Shown here piece after piece: positions 8,714-17,032 of a stretch of DNA of 64,000 nucleotides. Source of the DNA: Gemmatimonadota bacterium. GTDB lineage: Bacteria; Gemmatimonadota; Gemmatimonadetes; Gemmatimonadales; GWC2-71-9. Location of the stretch: positions 114 through 64,113 of the forward strand of contig QHUT01000056.1 in the NCBI GenBank assembly GCA_003222055.1. Reading direction: 5' to 3'. The translations under genes were made by a program, and so were the position numbers. The stretch's first letter is position 1. Every line of letters starts with the position of its first letter. The notes beneath the pieces are model-generated. The model saw only the letters and a list, made by a program, of their open reading frames with translations. It was not told the origin of the DNA and did not search any database.

Positions 8714-10419
8714 TACCGCCCACCCCCTCCCCGCCGTGGAGGCTCGCACGGGCCGTAGGCGGCGTAGTGGCTGTCGGCCGCGAGCAGCGGCAGCGCGGCA
8801 CCGAGCGTCTCGCGCGCCTCGCGGTTGCCGGCGCCGGCCAGAAACACGGTCGGGACGGGGCAGCGGGCGAGGGCCTCGCGCCAGTAGCCCGCGGGGAGGA
8901 GCGGCGATCCCGTGGCGCGGCGCAACCGCTCCACGTTGTCCGCGATGTAGTTGCTGGTGAGCTCTGCGCCGGTGGGAGTCGCCACCGCAACGGGGCGGCC
9001 GAGGTAGAAGGGCAGCGAGGGTGGGTAGGCGAGCACGCCCAGCACGGCGCCCGTACCGCCGGCGCGTTGCAGGGCGGCGGCGGTGGCCCCGGCCACTGCG
9101 GCGGAGGAGCGGTCGTCGCCCACCGCGGCGAGCAGATTTCCGGACAGGAATGGGATGGCGATGACGACGACGGCATACCCCCAGATCGTGACGCGGGGGC
9201 GGCGGGCCACGGCGCCGAGCGCGACCAGGGCGGCCGAGCACAGGACCACGACGCCGAGCGCGAGCGCCGCCGGCGGAATGGCGGCCTTCTCGGCGGGCGT
9301 GAGACTGATCGGCGCCGGGAGCCAGCGCGTCAGCGCGACGAGCGCGAGACCCCCCAGCAGGGCCGCAGCCACATAGGCGCGCGCGCCGGTGGTGCTCGCG
9401 CCGGTGGTCAGGTTGCGCGTCGCGGCGAGCGCGACCGCCGGCATGAGCGGCAGCACATACTGCGGCAGTTTCGACTGGTTGAGCGTGAAGAAGAGCAGTG
9501 GTGCGATCAACCAGCAGGCGAGCAGCAACGGCTCGCTCGTGGCCGGGTCGCGGCGCCCGGCCCACGTGACGCGCCAGTGTCGCAGGCGCGCGAGCGCGGG
9601 GATGATCCAGGGGAACGCCGCCACGGGAACGATCGGCAGGTAGTACCAGAACGGCGCCGTACGACGGAAGCTCGTGGTCGTTACGCGCGCCAGGGTCTCG
9701 CGCAGGAATACGTAGCCGGGGAAGTCCGGGTGCGCGACGGAGACGGCGACGAACCAGGGCAGGGCGATCGCGGCGAACGCGACGAGGCCGCGCCTGGGAA
9801 ACAGGCGCCGCACGCTCGCGCCGGTGGCGAGCGCGTGCGGCACCAGCACGAGCAACGGGATCGCGACGGCGATGGGTCCCTTGGTGAGGGCGCCGACCGC
9901 CATGGCCGCCCAGGCGGCGACGGGCCGCTGTTCGAGCATCCCCAGGATGCCCGCCGTGGTGCACAGCGTGAGCGTGCTGTCGAAGATCGCCGTGCGGGCG
10001 TAGGCCAGGGGCAGCACCATGGTGGCGTAGGCGAGCCCGGCGAGCCAGCCCGCGTCGTCGCCCCAGCGGCGCGCGAACCACGCCAGCAGTCCAATAGTCG
10101 CGAGCGTCGCGATATAGGCCGGCAGCCGGGCGGCGGTTTCCGTGAAGCCGGTGAGCTCCATGATCGCCGCCGCGGCGGCGAAGTACACGATCGGCTTGTC
10201 GAGGTAGGGCAGGCCGTCCAGGTGCGGGACGACATAGTCGTTCGAGCGCGCCATCTCGCGCGCCACTTCGGCGTTGCGGCCTTCGTCGGGGTCGAGCAGG
10301 CGGTACCCGTTCAGGTTCCAGCCCAGCGCGATGCAGGCGAGGAGGAGCAGCAGCGGCGGTCCGGCGAACGCACGGGCCGGCGGAGGCGCGGTGATCTGAA
10401 TACCCGATTGGGCCGTCAG
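8713..10419 (-). CDS. GT-C fold glycosyltransferase, ArnT/PMT-like (family 39/83)
   Basis: DPDEGRNAEVAREMARSNDYVVPHLDGLPYLDKPIVYF matches the ArnT loop-1 pattern and is followed by many TM segments. Third-position G/C bias in this frame only begins near 10419. The proposed CTG start overlaps the small-ORF stop (CTGA). The track start GTG 10599 is the alternative, so the start is uncertain. Confidence 0.8.
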   Translation of the reverse strand: MTAQSGIQITAPPPARAFAGPPLLLLLACIALGWNLNGYRLLDPDEGRNAEVAREMARSNDYVVPHLDGLPYLDKPIVYFAAAAAIMELTGFTETAARLPAYIATLATIGLLAWFARRWGDDAGWLAGLAYATMVLPLAYARTAIFDSTLTLCTTAGILGMLEQRPVAAWAAMAVGALTKGPIAVAIPLLVLVPHALATGASVRRLFPRRGLVAFAAIALPWFVAVSVAHPDFPGYVFLRETLARVTTTSFRRTAPFWYYLPIVPVAAFPWIIPALARLRHWRVTWAGRRDPATSEPLLLACWLIAPLLFFTLNQSKLPQYVLPLMPAVALAATRNLTTGASTTGARAYVAAALLGGLALVALTRWLPAPISLTPAEKAAIPPAALALGVVVLCSAALVALGAVARRPRVTIWGYAVVVIAIPFLSGNLLAAVGDDRSSAAVAGATAAALQRAGGTGAVLGVLAYPPSLPFYLGRPVAVATPTGAELTSNYIADNVERLRRATGSPLLPAGYWREALARCPVPTVFLAGAGNREARETLGAALPLLAADSHYAAYGPCEPPRRGGGGR

Positions 10420-10565
10420 GACAGGGGCTTCGCCAGGCGCTCGCCCTCGCGCTGCCCGGCGAGCAGGCGCTCGGCGAACGCGCGCACCAGTGCCGGTACG
10501 GCCTTGCTCACCGAGAGCGCAACGATGATGATGCCGACCCCGATGGCCCAGCCGTATTGTTCCAT
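10416..10565 (-). CDS. Small membrane protein, 49 aa (below the ORF-track length cutoff)
   Basis: My translation from ATG 10565 is MEQYGWAIGVGIIIVALSVSKAVPALVRAFAERLLAGQREGERLAKPLS*. It has one TM helix and an amphipathic tail. Third positions are almost all G/C in this frame, whereas the overlapping extended GT-C frame is rich in A/T-ending codons here. Confidence 0.6.
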   Translation of the reverse strand: MEQYGWAIGVGIIIVALSVSKAVPALVRAFAERLLAGQREGERLAKPLS

Positions 10566-10670
10566 GCCCTATTCTAGCAGGTCGAGGGGCGGTTGCCACG
10601 CAGGCCGGGCCGCGTTGCGCCGTCGGCTCGTGGCCCCCACGTTAAGCGCGGCTCTCGCCCGAGGATCACG

Positions 10671-11462
10671 TTGGACCCTGCCAGGCGTCGCCGCGCGGGT
10701 GACGCGGCGCAGTTCTACGATGACCTGGCCGAGTACTACGACCTGATCTTCGAGGACTGGGACGCGAGCATGGCGCGGCAAGGCGCCGCGCTGCAGCAGC
10801 TCATCCGGGCCGAGCTCGGCGTCGCGGGGCCCGATACGATCCGCGTGCTCGATGTCGCATGCGGGATCGGCACCCAGGCCTTGCCCCTGGCGCTCCGCGG
10901 GTTTCAAGTCACGGGCAGAGACATCTCCGCTGGCGCGATCACCCGGCTGCGGCGCGAGGCCGAGGCTCGGCATGTCGGCATCAATGCCGCGGTGGCCGAC
11001 ATGCGGCAGGTCGCAGCAAGCGTGAAGGGCCCATTCGACGTCGTGCTGGCGTTTGACAACTCACTTCCCCACCTGCTCACGGCTGCGGATATCGTGATCG
11101 CCTTGCGGCAGTGTCACGAGACGCTGCGTCGACGCGGGCTGTTGCTCTGTTCTGTGCGCGACTATGACGCGGTCCCGCGCGGCGAGCCCGCGGTGCATCC
11201 CTACGGCGAGCGGCGCCGCGGCGGGGATGTGTATCAGCTGCGTCAGGAATGGACCTGGGACAGCACGACGCATTACCAGCTGAAATTCGTGGTCGAGAAG
11301 CTGCACGCCCCAGACCCGGTGACTGTGCTCGAAGCCGTGACGCGTTATTTCGCGGTGTCGATTGCGCGGTTGCTGGCTCTGATGGGAGAGGCCGGGTTCA
11401 CGGACTGCCGGCGCGTGGACGGGATCATCTACCAGCCCGTGCTCGTGGGGCGGGCCGGTTAG
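10671..11462 (+). CDS. Class I SAM-dependent methyltransferase
   Basis: Track ORF 10593..11462. Motif I VLDVACGIGTQALPLA and N-terminal AQFYDDLAEYYDLIFEDW. I prefer TTG 10671 as the start because it leaves room for divergent promoters, but the start is uncertain. Confidence 0.85.
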   Translation: MDPARRRRAGDAAQFYDDLAEYYDLIFEDWDASMARQGAALQQLIRAELGVAGPDTIRVLDVACGIGTQALPLALRGFQVTGRDISAGAITRLRREAEARHVGINAAVADMRQVAASVKGPFDVVLAFDNSLPHLLTAADIVIALRQCHETLRRRGLLLCSVRDYDAVPRGEPAVHPYGERRRGGDVYQLRQEWTWDSTTHYQLKFVVEKLHAPDPVTVLEAVTRYFAVSIARLLALMGEAGFTDCRRVDGIIYQPVLVGRAG

Positions 11463-11496
11463 CCCAGCCCCTAAACGCGGTCCAGCGGGCGCGCGT

Positions 11497-11982
11497 ATGA
11501 CGGATATGCTCGTGAAAGCCGTCCTGGCCCTCGCGCTCCTCGGCGTCGCCCCCGCAACGGCCCAGCTGTCGCGGCGCACCTTCGGCGGCCTCCCGCGCTG
11601 GGCCGACAGCGCGCTGGTCGCGGCGGGCCTGGGACGGCAGTTCACGCTCTCCTCGCAGCTGAACCCGGCCTACGAGTTCGCCGACTTCGACGGCGACGGA
11701 CTGTCGGACGTCGCCGTCGGGATCAAAGACACCGGCGGGCTGCGCTACGGGATCGCCATCGTACATCGCATCGATCGCTCGGTCCACGTCGTCGGAGCGG
11801 GCCAGCCTGTCGGGAATGGGAAGGACCAGCTCAGCTGGCACGCCAGCTGGGGCGTCGCGTCGCCGCGCCGCGGGCGGCATCTCGCATTCGCGCGCGACGT
11901 GCTCTACATCAGCCAGCCCGGTGCCCACGACGGCTGGCTGGCCTGGGACGGGCGGGCCTATGTGTGGATGGAGAGCGACTAG
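11497..11982 (+). CDS. Secreted hypothetical protein with one FG-GAP/VCBS-like motif
   Basis: 161 aa. Signal peptide MTDMLVKAVLALALLGVAPATAQ and a DFDGDGLSDVAVG motif. Confidence 0.7.
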   Translation: MTDMLVKAVLALALLGVAPATAQLSRRTFGGLPRWADSALVAAGLGRQFTLSSQLNPAYEFADFDGDGLSDVAVGIKDTGGLRYGIAIVHRIDRSVHVVGAGQPVGNGKDQLSWHASWGVASPRRGRHLAFARDVLYISQPGAHDGWLAWDGRAYVWMESD

Positions 11983-11988
11983 GTTTCC

Positions 11989-13281
11989 TTACGCCGGCGC
12001 GCCGATCATTTCCGGTCCCGGCTGCGCGAGCGTCCGCTTGCGGCCCGTGGCGATGAGCAGCGCCGCGGCCAGCAGGCACAGGCTGCCGGATATCCAAAAC
12101 GCCGTCCGATAGTCACCCAACGACGTCCGGATCACGCCTGCCCCGAGCGCCGCGAGCGACGCGCCTAGCTGGTGCGACGCGCCGATCCACCCGTACACCA
12201 CGCCGACGTTCTCCCTACCGAATGTGTCCGCCGTGAGGCGCACGGTGGGCGGTACCGTGGCGATCCAGTCGAGGCCGTAGAACACCGCGAAGCCCGTGAG
12301 CCAGATGTGCCGGCTCGCGAGCGCGAAGGGGAGGAACAGCAACGACACGCCGCGCAGCCCATAGTAACAGAACAGCAGCCACCGACTATTGAACCGGTCC
12401 GTGAGCCAGCCGGACGCTGTCGTGCCGACGAGGTCGAACACGCCCATCGCGGCGAGCAGGCCGGCGGCGGTTACCTCGGGGATGCCGTGATCCATGCAGG
12501 CGGGAATCAGATGGGTGCCGATCAAGCCGTTGGTGCTCGCGCCGCACACGAAAAAGCTCCCCGCGAGGATCCAGAACTCGCGCGAGCGTGCCGCCCAGAA
12601 CAGTCCGCCGAGCGGCGAGCGAGCCACGCTCGGCTCGGCCGGTGTGGGTGGCTGCCCGTCGAGGGCACCGTACGGGAGCAGGCCCACGTCGGAGGGCCGA
12701 TCCTTCAACCAGACGAGCACGACGAGGAACACCGCCGCAGCGGCGCCCGCGACGATGTACGTCGCGCTGCGCCAGCCGTGCCGGGTGACGGTCTGCGCGA
12801 GCAGCGGCAGGAACACGAGCTGACCGGTGGCGTTCGCCGCCGACAAGATCCCGAGCACCAGCCCGCGCCGCTGGTCGAACCAGCGATTGACCACAATCGC
12901 CGCGAGCACCAGCGCGGTCACGCCCGTCCCCGACCCGACCAACACGCCCCAGAAGAGGGTGAGCTGCCACTGTGCGCGCATCGTCGACGAGAGCGCCACC
13001 GAAGCGGCCAGCAACGCCAGCGCCGAAAGCACGATGCGACGCAGCCCGTACCGACTCATGAGCGACGCCGCGAACGGACCGATGAGCCCGAACAACGCGA
13101 TGTTGATGGCGATGGCGCCGGAGATCGCGGCGCGCGTCCAGCCGAATTCGTGCTCGAGCGGCACCATGAGGATGGCGGGCGAGGCGCGCACCCCCGCCGT
13201 CGCCAGCAGGATCAAAAACGTGACCGCGGCGACGATCCAGGCGTAGTGGATTCTCCCGTAGCGTGCTGGACTGGATGACAC
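11989..13281 (-). CDS. MFS transporter (oxalate/formate antiporter-like)
   Basis: 430 aa, about 12 hydrophobic segments, typical MFS N-terminus (IHYAWIVAAVTFLILLATAGV). Confidence 0.9.
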   Translation of the reverse strand: MSSSPARYGRIHYAWIVAAVTFLILLATAGVRASPAILMVPLEHEFGWTRAAISGAIAINIALFGLIGPFAASLMSRYGLRRIVLSALALLAASVALSSTMRAQWQLTLFWGVLVGSGTGVTALVLAAIVVNRWFDQRRGLVLGILSAANATGQLVFLPLLAQTVTRHGWRSATYIVAGAAAAVFLVVLVWLKDRPSDVGLLPYGALDGQPPTPAEPSVARSPLGGLFWAARSREFWILAGSFFVCGASTNGLIGTHLIPACMDHGIPEVTAAGLLAAMGVFDLVGTTASGWLTDRFNSRWLLFCYYGLRGVSLLFLPFALASRHIWLTGFAVFYGLDWIATVPPTVRLTADTFGRENVGVVYGWIGASHQLGASLAALGAGVIRTSLGDYRTAFWISGSLCLLAAALLIATGRKRTLAQPGPEMIGAPA

Positions 13282-13402
13282 TCGAACTCCCAGATGAGGT
13301 GCCCATTAACACTCGCGAGGCTGCGCCGGTTTCGTGAGCGTTGCGCCGGTGGTGGGTCGTGCGCAGCTTACGTACACTCAGTCATTCAGAGGCTCCAAAC
13401 GT

Positions 13403-13624
13403 ATGTGCCGGAACATCAAACGGCTGCGCCATCCCGATCACGCGCCGAGCGACCAAGAGCTGCACGACGCCGCGCTGCAATTCGTGCGCAAGATCAGCGG
13501 TTTTCACGCCCCGTCCCAGGCCAACGAGGCCGCGTTCAACCGCGCGGTGAGCGACGTGGCCAGCGCGGGCCGGGTGTTGTTTCGCTCGCTGCACGTCCGC
13601 GGGCAGACGGAGGCGGCTGGCTAG
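13403..13624 (+). CDS. DUF2277-family small protein
   Basis: Track ORF 13334..13624. The conserved family N-terminus MCRNIKRL...DQELHDAALQFVRKISGF...PSQANEAAFNRAV begins at ATG 13403. Confidence 0.75.
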   Translation: MCRNIKRLRHPDHAPSDQELHDAALQFVRKISGFHAPSQANEAAFNRAVSDVASAGRVLFRSLHVRGQTEAAG

Positions 13625-13627
13625 AGC

Positions 13628-15097
13628 ATGAAGCGCGGCTTTGTCCCCGCCGCCCTGCTGTTCGCTCTGATCCCGGCGTGCGCTCGGGAATCGCGCACGG
13701 CCTTGATCGCGCGCGCCAAGTCGCTCGAGCTCAGCACACCCTACGTTCCCCCGCCGGGCGACCCCCTGGAGCACCACGCGGCCGGTCTTGCCAAGATCAT
13801 CTGCTCCGCCGTGTTCATCACCGACCTGTCGCCCGAGTTCGCCGTGGAGAACCTCGGTTTCTTCACGGCGCCATACGAGGAGCGTGCCAAATTAGGGAAG
13901 CCGGTGATCGACCGCGCGCGCAAGGCCGTCCACGTCACGCTCCCGAACGGTATCACGCGTACCGCGCTCTACCTGGGAGACCAGGGATGCGTCACGCTCC
14001 CCGCAGGCAAGCAGGCGCTGAGCTTCACGCCCGAGCGCGTCACGAGCCGGCTACCGGATCCTGCGACACAGCCGTGGCCCATGGGCGACGTCCTGCCGGC
14101 GGACCCGCCGCCGTCGGAGCTCGACACCGCCAGAGTACGCCGCGCGGTGGACATCGCCTTCGAGCCGGCGGAGGCGCTGACGGCCGCCTGCGTCGTGACG
14201 TGGAAGGGGCGGATCGTCGGCGAGCGCTACGGCCCGGGCATCACCGCGCGCACGCCGCTCGAGAGTTGGTCCATGGGCAAGAGCATCACCGCCACGCTGA
14301 TGGGGATTCTGATCCGCCAGGGCGCCTACGACCTGTGGCAGCCGGCGCCGGTGCCGCAGTGGCGGCAGCCGGGCGACCCGCGTGCGAAGATTCGCATCGC
14401 CGACCTGCTCAATATGTCGAGCGGGTTGCGCATTCGCGCGCCGCAGGACCCCGACTACGATCCATCGGGCCCGTATCCCGATCACGTGTACCTCTATACC
14501 GGTGGCATCAACTCCTTCCAGTACGCCGCGACTCGCCCGCTCCAGTGGCCGCCGGGGACCGTCGGGCGCTATCGCAACACCGACCCCGTGCTCGTGAACT
14601 ACTTGATCCGCCTCGCCGTCGAGCAGCGCGGGGAGGACTACCTGTCGTTCCCGCGGCGGGCGCTGTTCGACAAGCTGGGGATGCGCTCGGTCGTGATCGA
14701 GACCGACCCGTACGGCGACTTCCTGACGCAGGGATACGACTTCGCTGCGGCGCGCGACTGGGCGCGCCTGGGGAACCTCTACCTCCAGGACGGCGTGTGG
14801 AACGGCGAGCGCATCCTGCCGGAGGGGTTCGTGCGGTTCGTGAGCACCGTGGCTCCGGCATGGGCAGCCGATGGTCGACCCATCTACGGCGGCTTCTTCT
14901 GGATCAACGGGGACGGAGACCTGCCCATTCCCAGGGACGCCTACTTCATGGCCGGCGCGGGGGGCCAGCTCACCGTGATCATCCCGTCCCACGATCTCGT
15001 GGTGGTGCGGCAAGGGCATTACCGCGGCGCGGGCGTCGGAAACGCGAGCCTGAAGAAGGCGCTCGCCGTGCTCGTCACCGCGGTACCGGCGCGGTAA
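13628..15097 (+). CDS. Serine hydrolase, beta-lactamase/transpeptidase-like lipoprotein
   Basis: 489 aa. Lipobox LIPAC, SxxK motif (SMGKS) and YxN motif (YRN). Confidence 0.85.
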   Translation: MKRGFVPAALLFALIPACARESRTALIARAKSLELSTPYVPPPGDPLEHHAAGLAKIICSAVFITDLSPEFAVENLGFFTAPYEERAKLGKPVIDRARKAVHVTLPNGITRTALYLGDQGCVTLPAGKQALSFTPERVTSRLPDPATQPWPMGDVLPADPPPSELDTARVRRAVDIAFEPAEALTAACVVTWKGRIVGERYGPGITARTPLESWSMGKSITATLMGILIRQGAYDLWQPAPVPQWRQPGDPRAKIRIADLLNMSSGLRIRAPQDPDYDPSGPYPDHVYLYTGGINSFQYAATRPLQWPPGTVGRYRNTDPVLVNYLIRLAVEQRGEDYLSFPRRALFDKLGMRSVVIETDPYGDFLTQGYDFAAARDWARLGNLYLQDGVWNGERILPEGFVRFVSTVAPAWAADGRPIYGGFFWINGDGDLPIPRDAYFMAGAGGQLTVIIPSHDLVVVRQGHYRGAGVGNASLKKALAVLVTAVPAR

Positions 15098-15101
15098 GCT
15101 G

Positions 15102-16475
15102 GTGACGCTCACCCGGCGGGCCTTCGCGACCACGATGGCGACGGCGCTCGCCGGGAGCGCCGTGCGGCTCCCGAGCGCGGCACAGGCCCGCCCTCGTCCT
15201 TCGCCGTCCCAGCTCGGCTGGCAGCGAGACGAGCTGGCCTTGTTCCTCCACTTCGGCGTCAACACCTTCAGCGACCGCGAGTGGGGCGACGGGCGCGAGG
15301 ACCCCACGGTGTTCAACCCGACCGCGCTGGACGCCCGCCAGTGGGCCCGGACCGCCCGGGCCGCCGGCGCGCGCGCGCTGATCCTCACCGCCAAACACCA
15401 CGACGGCTTTTGCCTCTGGCCCAGCCGGCTCACGCAGCATTCGGTGGCGCGGAGCCCGTGGCGCGGCGGAGCGGGGGACGTGGTGCGCGAGTTCACGGAC
15501 GCCTGCGGGCAGGAGGGGTTGCGCGCCGGTCTGTACCTGTCGCCGTGGGATCGCAACGCGCCAGTGTACGGGGATTCGCCGCGTTACAACGATTTCTACT
15601 GTGAGCAGCTGACCGAGCTGCTGACGCGCTACGGCCCCATCGCCGAGGTGTGGTTCGACGGGGCCAACGGCGAGGGGCCCAACGGGCGCCGCCAGGCGTA
15701 CGATTGGCCGCGCGTGTTCGGCCTGGTGCGGCGGCTGCAACCTCATGCCGTGATGTTCTCCGATGCCGGTCCCGACGTGCGCTGGTGCGGCAGCGAGGCC
15801 GGTGCGGCGGGCGACCCGAACTGGTCGACGATGGACCCGGCGGCGGTTGCGTATCCGGGGGCGTCCGGTGACGGCGTCATCACCGCGCTGCAGCACGGCG
15901 ATCCCCACGGCTCGGTGTGGCGACCGGCGGAGACGGACACGTCGATTCGCCCCGGCTGGTTCCATCATCCGGGCGAGGACCAGCGCGTGAAGCCGGTGGA
16001 CCAGCTGACGGACATCTGGTTCACGTCCGTGGGCCGGAACTCGAAGCTGCTCTTGAACGTCCCGCCGACGCGCGAGGGAGTGCTGCACGCGACCGACGTG
16101 GCGCGGCTCGCCGACCTGCGGGCGCAGCTGACGGCACTGTTCGCCGAGGATTTCGCGGCCGGCCGGCCAGTCCACTGGCGCGTCACCGGCCCGCACAGCA
16201 CGGCGGCCGAACTGGATCTGGGTCGGACGGTGACGGTCGGCATCAGCCGGTTGGAGGAGGATGTCAGCCGCGGGCAATGCGTCGCGCGCTACGCCGTGCA
16301 CGGATCCGCGGAAGGCGTCGGAGGGGCCTGGCGTGAGCTGGTACGCGGCACTACGGTCGGCTATCGGAAACTCGACCGCTTCGACCCCGCGCCGGTGCGC
16401 AGGGTGCGGGTCGTGGTGGAGGACGCCGTCGCCCCGCCGCGACGCTTGCGCATCGGGCTGTACCGCGCCCCCTGA
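15102..16475 (+). CDS. Alpha-L-fucosidase (GH29) with Tat-like signal
   Basis: 457 aa. TRRAFATTMATALAGSAV signal, KHHDGFCLWPS, WFDGANGEG. Confidence 0.9.
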   Translation: MTLTRRAFATTMATALAGSAVRLPSAAQARPRPSPSQLGWQRDELALFLHFGVNTFSDREWGDGREDPTVFNPTALDARQWARTARAAGARALILTAKHHDGFCLWPSRLTQHSVARSPWRGGAGDVVREFTDACGQEGLRAGLYLSPWDRNAPVYGDSPRYNDFYCEQLTELLTRYGPIAEVWFDGANGEGPNGRRQAYDWPRVFGLVRRLQPHAVMFSDAGPDVRWCGSEAGAAGDPNWSTMDPAAVAYPGASGDGVITALQHGDPHGSVWRPAETDTSIRPGWFHHPGEDQRVKPVDQLTDIWFTSVGRNSKLLLNVPPTREGVLHATDVARLADLRAQLTALFAEDFAAGRPVHWRVTGPHSTAAELDLGRTVTVGISRLEEDVSRGQCVARYAVHGSAEGVGGAWRELVRGTTVGYRKLDRFDPAPVRRVRVVVEDAVAPPRRLRIGLYRAP

Positions 16476-16482
16476 GGCCTTC

Positions 16483-16890
16483 ATGCCGAGCGACACCCGT
16501 CTGCTCCCCAGTCTGGTCTTGGTGCTCATCCTGGGCATCGCCATCGGGCTGCTCGTGGCCCTGTTGTACATCCAGCAATGGAAGGCGCGCTACACGCAGG
16601 TGATCCGCCAGGACGCGGTGCAGCGCAGCCAGGCTGTGACGAGCGGCAAGGTCCACGAGCAGCTCGTTCCCTATCTCCCGGAGTTCGGATTCAATCCCAA
16701 AGACGCCCGCTTTCTCGGCAGTCCCGTCGACCTGCTGGTATTCGACGGGCTCGACGACGGCGCGCTGCGCCGGGTGGTGTTCGTCGAAATCAAGACGGGA
16801 GACTCGGCATTGACCGGCCGCGAGCGGCAGGTCCGCGACGTCGTGCGGGCCAGTCAGGTCGTATGGGAGGAGATCCGCATCGAGCGCTGA
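16483..16890 (+). CDS. Membrane-anchored Holliday-junction-resolvase-like endonuclease (PF10107-like)
   Basis: Track ORF 16261..16890. ATG 16483 gives MPSDTRLLPSLVLVLILGIAIGLLVALLYI (TM helix), followed by GSPVDLLVFDG...VVFVEIKTG, a PD-(D/E)xK-like core. Confidence 0.7.
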   Translation: MPSDTRLLPSLVLVLILGIAIGLLVALLYIQQWKARYTQVIRQDAVQRSQAVTSGKVHEQLVPYLPEFGFNPKDARFLGSPVDLLVFDGLDDGALRRVVFVEIKTGDSALTGRERQVRDVVRASQVVWEEIRIER

Positions 16891-17032
16891 GCCATCGCCA
16901 CAGCGGGGGCATGCGCGCTACAAGACGGGCCGCACCAAGGGTCATATCCCAGCACCTGTGGCTGTGGCGCGACGTATGCACGCGAGCGGTTCCGCTCCCT
17001 CCCTGGGGAGCCCCTTTACTCAGGAACCGCTC

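Noticed and set aside
6878-10081. A 1067-aa ORF suggesting a giant AsnB fusion protein.
   Set aside because: AsnB starts at the canonical MCGIFG (ATG 8713). Everything upstream is an Arg-rich out-of-frame reading of the GT-C glycosyltransferase gene.
6878-10565. Possible lasso-peptide (RiPP) cluster: a small upstream ORF plus an asparagine-synthase homologue.
   Set aside because: - The AsnB homologue keeps the N-terminal Cys glutaminase nucleophile and normal length, which fits a true amidotransferase and not a lasso cyclase.
- There is no transglutaminase-like protease or RRE/PqqD gene.
- The 49-aa ORF is a TM helix, not a leader-core peptide.
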